From: Octopus sinensis
Lineage: Eukaryota
Assembly (NCBI RefSeq): GCF_006345805.1
Contig: NC_042999.1
Span: forward strand, 163,308,001-163,372,000
Direction of reading: 5' to 3'
Length of the DNA stretch: 64,000 nt
Within the stretch, counting starts at the first letter, position 1. Each line of letters opens with the position of its first letter. Positions 34,150-45,999 of this stretch are shown here, piece by piece. The notes under the pieces are model-generated. The model did no database searches. It saw only the letters and a program-made list of their open reading frames with translations, and was not told the origin of the DNA. A program made the position numbers and the translations under genes.

Positions 34150-36245
34150 TATAAATCATCATCATCATAATCTAAAATCCATTTTCCATACTGGCATGAG
34201 TTGGACAGTTTAACAGGAACAGGGAAGTCAGAAGACTACACCAAGAATCTGCTGTCTGTACTGCCATAGTTTCTATGGCTGGATGCCCTTCCTAACACCA
34301 ACCACTTTACATAATGTACAGGGTGCTTTTTATGCAGCACTAACAGCAGCAGTGAGGTCACCAAGTAACTTACAGGACAAGACTCTTCAACTGGATGGGG
34401 GAGTACTATTGAGGGGTAGAAAGGTGTCTTGCATTAGAAGAGGGAAATGGCTTCTTCAGATGGAGAAGGTAGAGAAAAGAGAAACAAAGTGAAAATGTGA
34501 TAGAGAGGACAGGAGTCGTTCACTCGAGTTACAGAGGGGGAGTATATAGTGGAGTGAAGAGGGTGAGTAGGTGAGTGAGTTCACAAGATTTTGAAAGGAG
34601 AGAGAGAGATAGAGGAGCTGGGTGGGGCTCAGGGTGAGGGTGGAAATTAACAGGAGCATATTGTGTGAGAGTGGGTAGGTGGACACATGATGGACAATAG
34701 AGGGGAGGGGGAACAAACAACGTTGGTGAGCATGAAAGGGTTGTGAAGAGGGAGGGGGTTATGGATATGGATTTTATTTTGATGGGCAAGTCTTCTCAAA
34801 CGCATCATATCACCAATTGTTTCAGTCCTTTGTTGTTTCAGCAAGGCTCAAACTCTGAGGATCATTTCTCACATCTCCCTCTTCCACAAGTTCCTCCCAC
34901 ACTTAATGATTTACACTTCTTTAAGAAGCTGTCCTCATCCATATGCATCATATGACACACACTCCTACCTGCACGCTATATTTGTCATTGTGCTCAATAC
35001 TGACTTTCTCCTTACTGACAGCTTCCCTGTACATGGCTTGAACACTTCTCACCAACTACTCATCTACCATTAGCGTCTGCATTGACCACCAGATGAGTGA
35101 GCAAGGGACCCTGTCAAAGGCTTTCTCCATGTTGACAAAAGCCAAGTACAGCAGTTAATTTTTTTTTTTTTAAGTTCTTCTCCTGAAACTGCTTCACCAG
35201 CATCATTAGTGCTTCTCCCTGGAACAAAGCCAAACTGTATCTCATCGAGATTAACTTTCTAATTAATTGAGCTATGATCAATTTTGTAACTTTCATCACC
35301 TGGTCCAGCAACCTGATACCTCTGCAATTACTTCTGTCTGAGACATCACCTTTCCCTTTGTAGAAGTTGACTACACAAGTTGTTGAGTATGACCCCTTCC
35401 TGAACAACTTGATTCACTATACAGGTGACTAGGCCATATCCTACCCCACTGTATATTTTAACAATCTCAGCAGTAATTCCTGAGGGGTCAGGGGTTTTCT
35501 CAGTCTTTATATCCTTAATTGTTTTATCTATCAAGATGCTGTCAACTCAGAAAGCTGGTCCCTTAGCTGGGTCCACATTGGATAAACTCTTCTTCTCCCA
35601 TGCATTCTCCACATTTAATAGCCTTTCATAGTGAGACTTCCAAGCCTCTTTCTTTGCAGAATCACTAAATGCAAGTGCGCCATCATCCATCTGAACACAT
35701 TTCTCTCCTACAACATCATGATTTTCTCTGATATACTGTCTTGCAATCCAGAACACATCATGCCTTTGGTTCTCATGCTGCAGAACATTGGCAAACTTCT
35801 TCCTTTCAGCTTCTCCCTTGGCTAAATATGCCTGTCACTTAGCTTCTCTTCTAGCTACCTAGTATAGTTATCTGATACCCCAACCCTTCCAGTCCTCTCA
35901 AGCCTGATTCTTTCCACTAATGGCTCTGTCTACTACACTGTTCCACCACCTTTCCATCCTAGGTCTGGTTGGGACTTTGCACCAGTTACAAGTTTAGTCT
36001 GTGGCTCTCAGTAAGTTGTACCATGGGAACTTCCAGTTGTTCTCTATGTTAAATGTCTGTAACTCCTCTTCCTTCTTGGCAAATGCTTCAGTTATGACAG
36101 CTTTTACTATTCAAAGGATCCATAAGCTTCCAAATCCTTCTTTTCCAGATTGGTCTGCTTCTTGGAACCCTTCTAACCTGAAGTCTGAAGTCACTATAAC
36201 CTATGCTGAGGAGTACATTCATCGCCTGGGAAGGTCTTTGTGTTC
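34150..36245 (-). mobile_element. RTE LINE copy with internal deletion of the RT core
   Basis: EN-linker, WW.., KKEAWKSHYERLLNVEN, KTPDPSGITAE, YLAFVNMEKAFDRVP, then a jump at about 34958 from VQVGV to HMMHMDEDS; 3' UTR and (TGA)n tail. Confidence 0.85.
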
Positions 36246-36249
36246 ATGA

Positions 36250-37030
36250 GCGGATGGAACTGTTCAAATTGTGGAATACACCCATAAGTGTTTTGTGTGG
36301 GAATATAGTCAGATCAGTCGAAGGTTCAAATGCAGCTGAGGGATTAAAACAAAAAATGTGTTTTCTCGGATGAACTGGGCTGCTGTACAAAAACAAAGGC
36401 AAAAATTGTGGTAAAACAAAGTGCAACACCTGTATATAAGCCAAAACATAATGTACCATTCACAACACTAGAACAGGTAAGTAAGGAACTTGAAAGACTT
36501 GGAAGCCTAGGAATAATTGAAAAGACAGATTGCTCACATTGGGCAGCACCTACGGTCTATGTAAAAAAGGAAAATGATAAGTTATGAGTTTGTGCAGATT
36601 TTTCAATGGGTTTAAACAATTGCTTAAGCCCACATAACTACCTATTGCCAAGCCCTTAGGATGTGTACACAAAGATGAATGGAGAGAAATTCTTCTCAAA
36701 AGTAGACCTCTCAGAGGCATATGTACAAATCCAAGTAGAAGAAGAATGCTCACATTTATTAGCCATTAATACACACCTTGGCTAATTTAAATTTAAGCGG
36801 CTTCCCTTCAATGTAAAAGTTACTCCTCCCATGTTTCAACAAGTAATGGATACAATGCTGTTGGGCTGTAATTTTGCTATTGCCTGTTTAGACAATATCC
36901 TAATAAAAAGTGAATCACATGAACAACATGTAGAACACATAAAAAAGGGTATTCAAAAAGATAAGAGGAATATGGTTTTAAGTTAAGTGAAGAAAAATGT
37001 GAGTTCTTTTTGAAAAAATTAAATACTTGC
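36250..37030 (+). mobile_element. Ty3/Gypsy (K02A2.6-like) RT fragment
   Basis: VFSDELGCC..VPFTTLEQV..WAAPTVYVKK..VCADFS..FSKVDLSEAY..RLPF..FQQVMD..CLDNILI with stops. Confidence 0.88.
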
Positions 37031-38665
37031 ACACCACATCCGATGCTTCTTATGTCTAACACTTCTCTTGGGGCACTTACACTCTGTCATGTATGCACAC
37101 TGACATTACACATCCAGCGGATCATGCTAGCTTAATTTCTTTCAAGCCTAAGCATGTCTTCAGCAGTCACGGCCCACGTTTCACTGCCGTGAAGCATGGC
37201 AGTTCGCACACATGCATCATACAATCTACCTTTCACTCTGAGTGAGAAGCCCTTTGTCACCAGTAGGGTAGAAGGTTTCTGAACTTTGCCCAAGCTATTC
37301 TTATTCTAGTGGTAACACTCTCTGACCCCCACTTACAGATTTAGGTAGCAGAAGTTATCAACTGCTTATAGTTTCTCACCCTGCATGTGATGGAATCTGT
37401 TTTCTGAGCATCTGTGGTGTTCATCGCCCCTGTGCATCTGCTGCATGTGAAAGCTATTTTCCTGATTAATCTTCCTTTGATGTTGCTGCACTTCTTATGT
37501 GTCCATAGCTTACACTGGGTACATCTTATGGAGTTTCTACCTACACCTTTTCTACAGATCAAGCAGGGTCACCTACCAGAGGAGGTGTGTGATGAGTTCA
37601 CCTTCCTACTTACTAGAACTTTGGTCTTTGCTACATTGACTCTAAGGCTTTTTGATTCTAAACCTTGCTTCCACACCTGAAATTTCTTTTCTAGTTCCAG
37701 TAGTGATTCTGCTATGAAGGCCAGGTCATCGGCATAGAGGAGTTCCCAGGGGCAACCTGTCTTGAATTCCTGTCATTGCTTGGAGGACTATGATGAATAA
37801 CAGGGGACTGAGGGCTGATTCTAGATGGACCCCTACTTCTACCTGGAATTCTTCACTATATTCATTTTCAGTCCTAACCCTACTGACGGCATCTCTGTAT
37901 AGGGCCTGTACAGCCCTTATTAACCATTCGTCAATCTCCAGTGTCTGCATTGCCCACCAGATAAGGGATCAGGGGATCCTGTCAAAGGCTTTCTCCAAGT
38001 TCACAAAAGCCAAATATAGGGGTTTCTCTTTGGCTAGGTATTTCTCCTGCAGTTTCCGTACGAGGAATATAGCATCAGTGGTGCTTCTACCTGGCACAAA
38101 ACCAAACTGTATCTCAATCTAAGTAGACTCTCTCCCTAATTAGTTGGGCTATGACCCTTTCTGTGACCTTCATCACCTGATCCAGCAGTTTGATACCCCT
38201 GTAGTTATTTCTATCTAGAGCATCACCTTTACCCTTGTAGCAGTTGACTATGGTGCTGCTACGTCAGTTGTTGGGTATGACTCAGTCATGAACTACCTGG
38301 TCTACAATACGGGTGACTAGGCCACAGCCCACACCACCAGATGTTTTAAGCATCTCAGCAGTGATTCCTGATGGGCCAGGGGCTTTTCTTGATTTCATAT
38401 CCTTAATTACTTTATCTACCAGGGTGCTATCGATTTGGGTAGCTGGTGCCTCAACTAGGTCAACATTTGGCAGGCTCTCCTCCTCCCATTCATTCTCCAC
38501 ATTCAGCAGTCTTTCATAATGGTATCTCCAAGCCTCTTTCTTTGCAGAATCATTAAAAGCAAGTGCACCATCATCCATGCAGACACATTTCTCTCCTGTG
38601 ACATCGCTATTTTCTCTCACTCACTGTCTTGCAATCTGGAATACTTCAGTTCTTTGGTCCTCACA
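37030..38665 (-). mobile_element. RTE LINE ORF2 fragment (RT plus PHD-like finger)
   Basis: KAPGPSGITAEMLK, FGFVPGRSTTDAIF, YLAFVNLEKAFDR, VGVHLESALSPLLF, LYADDL, CRKGVGRNSIRCTQCKLWTHKKC..FTCSRC, LHGSETW; 3' end truncated. Confidence 0.92.
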
Positions 38666-38667
38666 TT

Positions 38668-39158
38668 GCTGGACGTCAAACAGAATTAAAAAAAACTCAA
38701 ATAGAAGAGAACACTAAGAATTTAAATGTCACTGAAAGAAAAACAACGCAATTTAACATAGTTAATTACATCAAATCAAATAAAAGTTCAGCTAGAATTA
38801 GAACAAAGATTATGTTATCTAAAGGTGTAAATTGTAATAAAGAACTTGGTGGAAATGAATTTAATTCTACAATGAATGATCAAATTAAAACTAAATCTGA
38901 GTGAAATATAAGTGATTGTCTTTGTAATTTTTCTAAACAGGAATCCTGTTATTTGAAAAATAAGTGTAAGACTAAAAATGCAATATATAGATGTAAAGTT
39001 ACATCTGGGGGTAATGAATACTTTTACATTGATAGGATATCATTAATTAAGGAGACTGGCAAATTATTTGAGTTCATTTAGAGATAAAAATAGAATATTC
39101 CAAACTAGTGTTAGCAAATTAATCTGGTTTATTAAGGACAGAAACAAAGATTAGATTA
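38668..39158 (+). mobile_element. Penelope-like (Naiad/Chlamys-type) GIY-YIG endonuclease relic
   Basis: DCLCNFSKQESCYLKNKCKTKNAIYRCKVTSGGNEYFYID, frameshift, then KRLANYLSSFRDKN..TSVSKLIWFIKD. Confidence 0.7.
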
Positions 39159-39177
39159 TTTGTTATAATCCTTAACA

Positions 39178-40965
39178 TGTTGGATTATTATAACGCCCAC
39201 TTCGGTATATACTATACTTAGTAAATCAGTAAAGACACAACTATCTCTGACTGCCTACTACATATTCTCTTTACTTATAGTAACTAGATTATTCCATTCA
39301 TCACATGGGAAGGGTGTACCATTATTACTAATTCCCTACATCTCCCTTTTTAAGTTTTTCTTAGGAAGTGTCATTTTATTTCACAATAATATTTTTATTC
39401 ACCCCACTTCCTTTTTTTGAGCTCTTTTTTCGAACAATTTAATATTTTTTTCTCTTGGTATCTATTTTCAGGAATTCTGTATGTTTTCTTTTCCTTTCAC
39501 TTGTATGCCTAGGTTCAATCCCCTGCAGTGGCATTGGTACTTGGAACATATTGTACAGCCATTCCATAGCTTCCTCCAACTTCTTTGGTTCGCTTTCCAT
39601 GAATCTCTTTTTCACTTGGTTCCTGTGTCTCTTTTGTATACCTTTTCTATTTTTTACTCGATACATCATTTTACCTATGCATTTGGTAATTACGCCATCT
39701 TCACAAATTTTCTTTTTATTCTTGTATGCTCTCATATACACCTTTTCACCAACTTTAAAGAATTTTGCTATGTCTTCCTTCGCACTTTTTCTTTTCTTGC
39801 CAGGTAGTAATTTATCAAAGACTGATTTTACTTTCTTTGCAAACATCAGATCCACTGGTGATCTACCTGCTGATGTATTCGGATTTGGTGTCACATGGTA
39901 CACTCTTAAAAACTGTTGTAGAGCTACCTCATCTGTGACTTCCTTATTCAATTTTCTAAGAGCTTTTTTGAAGGTATCAACAAAGCATTCTGCCTATCCA
40001 TTAGATCTGGGAGATATGGCACCATATGCATTGGGACTCCTTTTTTCACACTGTATATTGTCAGAAACATGCAATGCTCTGCTTGCAACCAGAAACGTCT
40101 TCCATGGATAAATCTATGGAACTTCTTGCCACCAAATATGATTCTCAACACCTCTTTTTCTATCTGACTATAATTCTTTTCAGCTGGCAATAATGAAGTT
40201 AAAGCATGGGCTATAGCCTTTTTACTGCCATTATCATATTTATGCAGAAGTGTGGCTCCTACACTTGCATCTGTAGCCAGTATAGTCTCCAACTTTGGAT
40301 CAAAATGTGTCAGTCATAGGTCCGAAGTTAAAATACTTTTCAATTCACCGAATGCCTTCTGGCACTTATCCATCCAACACCATTTTGTATTTTTTTTCAA
40401 CAGATCATTGAGTAAGGCCCTTACGTTATGTACGTTTGGAATGTAGATTTGGTAACAAATTACCAAACCCAAAAATGCCTGCAGTATGGTTACATTTTTT
40501 GGTGTGGGCATATTCTTTATTGCTGTTGCCCTTGATGGGTCCGATTTTTTCCTTTTTTGTCTATTACTTGTCCTAAGTATTTGATTTTATTCAACAAGAA
40601 CTCAAATTTTTCCTCTGTTAACTTGAACCCATATTCGCTTATTTTCTCAAATACTCTTTTAATGTGTTCAAAGTGTTGTTCCTGTGATTCACTCTTTATT
40701 AAAATATCATCTACATAGGTGATAGCGAAATCACAATCCCTCAACACTGCATCCATTACTTGTTGAAATATAGCAGGAGCCACTTTTACACTGAAGGGAA
40801 GCCACTTAAATTTAAATAAGCCACAATGTGTGATAACTGTTAATAGATGTGAGCAATCTTATATTTGTATTTGTAGATAAGCCTCCAAGAGGTCTAATTT
40901 TGAGAAGAATTTCCCTCCATTCATTTTTGCAAACACTTCTTCCAGACTTGGCAATGAGTAGTTAT
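39178..40965 (-). mobile_element. Ty3/Gypsy (K02A2.6-like) 3' part: RT, RNase H, partial integrase, PPT and 3' LTR
   Basis: APAIFQQVMD..YVDDILI; LATDASVG..AHAL..YSQIEKE; YHVTPN..GRSPVDLMF; PPT AAAAAGGGAGA (39351-39341) then TGTAGGG. The left boundary of the LTR is approximate. Confidence 0.88.
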
Positions 40966-40973
40966 ATGTGACT

Positions 40974-41405
40974 GTGGAGGCGCAATGGCCCAGTGGTTAG
41001 GGCAGCGGACTCGCGGTCATAGGATCGCGGTTTCGATTCCCAGACTGGGCGTTGTGAGTGCTTATTGAGCGAAAACACCTAAAAGCTCCACGAGGCTCCA
41101 GCAGGGATGGTGGTGATCCCTGCTGTACTCTTTTACCACAACTTTCTCTCACTCTTACTTCCTGTTTCTGTTGTACCTGTACTTCAAAGGGCCGGCCTTG
41201 TCACTATCTGTGTCATGCTGAATATCCCTGAGAACTACGTTAAGGGTGCACTTAGCGGTTCGGCAAAAGAGACCAATAGAATAAGTACTGGGTTTACAAA
41301 AGAATAAGTTCTGGGGTCAATTTGCTCGACTAAAGGCGGTGCTCCAGCATGGCCACAGTCAAATGACTGAAACAAGTAAAAGAGTAAAAAAGAGTAAAAG
41401 AGTAA
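40974..41405 (+). mobile_element. Chimeric SINE: family B 5' part fused to family A 3' part
   Basis: Family B sequence to ..TTAAGGGTGCAC (about 41250), then family A CACTTAGCGGTTCGGCAAAAGAGACC..AAGTAAAAGAG tail. Confidence 0.85.
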
Positions 41406-41465
41406 TACTCTTTTTTTGAGTTCTAGTTTTCCTGTTTGCATCACTAAACCTATATATATATTACC

Positions 41466-41491
41466 AAGCCTGTATGTACATATGTATGTAC

Positions 41492-41522
<31 letters not shown>

Positions 41523-41585
41523 TGTATGTATGTATGTATGTATGTATGTATGTATGTGTATGTGTGTGTGTGTGCGTGTGTGTGT
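41466..41585. repeat. (TATG)n/(TG)n microsatellite
   Basis: Direct reading. Confidence 0.97.
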
Positions 41586-41929
41586 ATAGATATTGGTGCT
41601 GGTGCCATGTTAAAAGCACCCAGTACACTCTGTAATTAGAAGAGCATTCAGCTGTAGAAACCAAGTCAAAACAGAATATGGAACTGGGTGCAGCCCCTGG
41701 TCTTGCAGGTGATGTCAAGCCATCCAACCCATGACAGTATGGAAAACAGACATTAAATGGTGATGATGTTATTACTATTACTATATTTATCCTACTTTAT
41801 ACTGGCACGACTCAGTGCGACCCCAGAAATCTGCTATCACCAGTCGGCATCATTAGGCTGTAGCTGGCAGAATAAAAAAAAGGGGCTTTTATCGGCATAT
41901 TCAAAAGATTTCCCATAATCAAACTTAAA

Positions 41930-41980
<51 letters not shown>

Positions 41981-43789
41981 TACATGTATATATATATATA
42001 AAAATGCACACATAAGTACATATAATCATCATCAGTATTTTACGTATATTTTTCCATGTTTGCCTGAGCTGGACAGGTTTATCAAAGCAATGTTTTACGT
42101 CCGAATGCTTTCCATGCTGCCAGCCCTCTATAAACTAGGATACACACATATATAAATTCACATCCATACACACATATACATAAATGCTGGAAATATACAT
42201 CTCAGGAAAAAAAAAACATGATATTTCATGTGTGAGAGGATTTTTAAAGAATTCAAAGTAAATTGGCAAAAACATTTACATATATTGCTAAATGTTGATA
42301 TTTTAAAATATTCCATACTTGAATCTATTTAACACAGTAAAACAGAGGTTTTGACATATATATCAAAACATAACAAACATTAAAGTATTACTGGCATACA
42401 AGTCAAATGCTGTAGTATTATGGGTTTCTTAAAGTATATCTACTTTAAGTAAGATATACAAATTGCTGTTTGGAACTTATACTGTTTCTGTCGCTAATAA
42501 CAAACTTTTACCCAGCTTGCTGGTGCAACATCAGTGATTTGTTAATCACTTTTTTTCTATACCAGTAGACAAAAAATTTGTCTAAGCATGCAGTTGATTG
42601 TGTATACTTGCTACCAATGGCATGCAAATACATAGAAATCCTGGGTTCTAGCCATTCTACTACCACTGCCTGACAGTTTTTCTCTGCTACTGATAGTACA
42701 TTTTAGTATTATACATCTATAAGAAATACAGAGTGATATCAAAATTAATACTGTTTCCTTTGTTAATAATGAGTATATAAGCCAAACAAGAATGTACAGT
42801 ATGTCCATAGATTCTCTAACCTTCCACTTTTTGTTAGGAACGGCATAATTAAGAACATATCCATTAGGATCTCTAATCTTTCTGCCAATCAAAAGATACT
42901 TGGAAATAATGCAGAATATTACAATGAAGTGGTTATGATCAAGCAATATCATACCATGATAACACTAAACTTAAGTAGTGGGTACTTGCATTAATAACAC
43001 TTCCATTTTAATTTTAATGAGTTCACGCCCACCGATGACTGCAGCGAAATTCATCTTTGGACTTTCTTCTATCAAAGGCATTCTAACAAAAATGCTTCCA
43101 TATAAACGGTCAAAATATTGTCAATTTCCCCAAACAGGGACACAATTCAATTTTTAAACAATAACCAAAGCTCCTTCTCCCAAAGGGGGAGGGTTACAGT
43201 TTACAATTATTTAACAAATGCAACACAACAACGTTTCTCTTACGAGGAACCAACAAACGTGATAACAATAGTTAAACACTAATAATAATAATAACAAACC
43301 TTATGGTGAATCAAAAAGCAGTACACAGTTGAAGCTATAGTCCTTTATGTATAAGAAATAAACCAACAGCAGTACTCAGTAGAAGCGACTGTTCGAGAAA
43401 ACAGACATTACATACAGCCAAACTTCATATAGATACTTAATGCTAGCTAATTAGCAGATAATCTAATGTAAAAGCCGTGGTAAAGGGTATGTGCACAGCT
43501 CCATCTGGACTATTCCATTTCTGCACACTAATTTTATTTTTAATTTATTCCCATTCATGTGAAACCACTTATTCAAGTTTGAGTCATTGATGCAATTTTA
43601 TACCAATTGCTATTTTTACTTTTAATTGTTATGTTACGATTTAATTTAGTTTGATTTTAATTATTACTTACTACATATAATTCAATTGTTATTATTATCT
43701 CTAATTTTTATTGTTAAAGTGAAAGTATCTGACATAAAATAGAGAAATGTTTTTGTTTCACTTTTAACACGTAATACTGAAATAGTGGA

Positions 43790-43968
43790 GAAGATATGAT
43801 ATTGCTATGGGCTTGCCCTAGGCAAGAAGTTGAACATTTTTTTTGCCCATGAAACTACATGGACCCTAAGTAAGGTATATGTAAAATTTGAACGAAATTG
43901 GTTGTGTAGTTCTCAAGTTTTAGGGAAACACACAGACACACATTCTCAGTTTTATATATATAGAGATA
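43790..43968 (-). mobile_element. Helitron-type 5' fragment
   Basis: Minus strand begins TCTATATATATAAAACTGAGAATGTGTGTCTGTG, a typical non-autonomous Helitron start; 3' end not identified. Confidence 0.55.
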
Positions 43969-44052
43969 ATTTATTGTTCACTGACTTCACTCTATTTTCT
44001 ATTTATTTTTCTTAATCTAATACTACCTCATGATATCTTGTACATGCACACA

Positions 44053-44107
<55 letters not shown>

Positions 44108-44204
44108 CAGAGGACAGTCATATCTAAATATTTCATTGAGCACAATGCTATGAATATATAATAAAACTACAATAACAATAATTATAAATGTATAAATTAC
44201 TTAC

Positions 44205-44277
44205 TGAGTTTTTAAATCAAGTAAATCAATGGTCTTTGATTTAATCTCTCCACTTTTTTCATATTCTAGAATAATAC
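44205..44277 (-). CDS. DAW1: DAW1 coding exon 2 (GIILEYEKSGEIKSKTIDLLDLKT-H)
   Basis: 73 nt, TTTAACAG acceptor, GTAAGT donor, phases 1/2 compatible with neighbours. Matches recalled [22 protein letters not shown]. Confidence 0.95.
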
Positions 44278-44589
44278 CTGTTAAACAGTAGAAGGAAGTC
44301 ACATGATATTTATAGACGGTGGTAGAATATTAAATCCACCCCCCACCTTTTTAATGGATATTAATAGATGAAGATGAGTTTTCCTATCAAACATATGTTA
44401 AATGATGGACAATTTAAAAATAACTAAGGCCCCAAGTAATAGGAATCCTAACCCTATTGGTCTCAATACATTAAAATTAAGTGTTTTAACTAAGGAATTT
44501 ACAGGATTTTATTGAAGGAACTTCATACATATTTTTCAAACCTCTCGCTAATTCAGTGGTCCTCCCCTTATTACTATGCATCCATATAG

Positions 44590-44767
44590 GTGCAGGAGTG
44601 GCTGTGTGGTAAGTAGCTTGCTAACCAACCACATGGTTCCGGGTTCAGTCCCACTGTGTGGCATCTTGGGCAAGTGTCTTCTGCTATAGCCCCGGGCCGA
44701 CCAATGCCTTGTGAGTGGATTTGGTAGACGGAAACTGAAAGAAGCCTGTCGTATATATGTATATATG

Positions 44768-44798
<31 letters not shown>

Positions 44799-45005
44799 TT
44801 GTGTGTCTGTGTTTGTCCCCCTAGCATTGCTTGACAACCGATGCTGGTGTGTTTACGTCCCCGTCACTTAGCGGTTTGGCAAAAGAGACCGATAGAATAA
44901 GCACTGGGCTTACAAAGAATAAGTCCCGGGGTCGATTTGCTCGACTAAAGGCGGTGCTCCAGCATGGCTGCAGTCAAATGACTGAAACAAGTAAAAGAGA
45001 GTAAA
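44590..45005 (+). mobile_element. SINE family A, full-length reference copy
   Basis: tRNA-like head, core, (TA)(TG) insert, GTAAAAGAG tail. Confidence 0.92.
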
Positions 45006-45361
45006 GAGTATATAACCTAGTATTAGTGAATACTCTAGTATTAGTGAAATATTTGGTTCCTCCCCTTATTACTATGCATGCATATAATTCTATCTTCACA
45101 ATGATGCTGGACATGTTTAAAAAGTTTAAAATCTCTTTGATTTTATTAAACATTGCAATTTGTTTACCTCTTTCCAATCTGCACAAACACCTATGAGAAA
45201 TGCTTAATGAAACTTCTACAGAGTTGTCACTTTTGGAAAGCTTATGTTTTTTGAGGACATTACTTTCAATGCACATGATAGAAGGCAGATTCAATCACCG
45301 AAGCTCCATTGTGCTTCAATGTATCTTGCTTAATGCAAGTATTAGATACTAAGTAATATAT

Positions 45362-45880
45362 CACTTTCACTTTGATCACTTTGACCGACCAGTCCGTCAG
45401 GCGTCCATTTGACACTGCTGGTCACAGCACGCTGCCCACTCCTCTCTGGATCGCGCCTTTCTCATCCACGTGATCCCAATCATTCTCTTGAAATCGTCAC
45501 TCCACCGTCGTGGAGGTCTTCCGGGTGGTCTTTTCCGCTCACGCGGGTACCACTCAACAACTGCATGCGTCCACCGATTATCGGTGAGCCGGGCGACGTG
45601 TCCAGCCCATCTATACTTGCTGCGAGTATACTCTGCGATGAAATCTCTCACGCCGGACTTCTTTCTGATGATCTTGCTACTTATGTGCTCTCTCAACGAG
45701 ATACCAAGCATTGACCTTTCCATGGCTCTTTGCTCTTCTCTCTTTGTGGTAGCCCATATTTCACTACCGTATAACATTGCAGGCAGAACTGCACTGTTAA
45801 TGAGGTTGGCGCGGGTGGTCCTGTCCAACCTTCCCTTGAGCACATCCCTTATGCCATTGAACGCCTTCCAGAGAAGTAAT
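45362..45880 (-). mobile_element. 5'-truncated RTE-1/BovB-like LINE with open C-terminal ORF
   Basis: 148-aa ORF LPAMLYGSEIW..WAGHVAR..WTHAVVEWYPR..RPPGRPPRRWSD; (AAGTGA)-type tail. Confidence 0.92.
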
Positions 45881-45999
45881 ATATAGAGATCTATAATGCT
45901 TGAAATTTTAATGGCTAGTTAGATTCAAACATAGATTCTCTGTCCTGTTCACCCTCCCCACACACACATACACAGGCAAGTGATGCTTTAGAGCATCCA

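Noticed and set aside
42611-42952. 113-aa minus-strand ORF with an exon-like stretch (IGRKIRDPNGYVLNYAVPNKKWK|gttag ... tttcttatag)
   Set aside because: No recognisable homology and not needed for the DAW1 frame; the opposite strand is also open. Cannot be supported without a search.
43010-43065. CCGATGA..GCGAAATTCATC possible hammerhead or SECIS
   Set aside because: Stem II and stem I do not pair; SECIS geometry not demonstrable.
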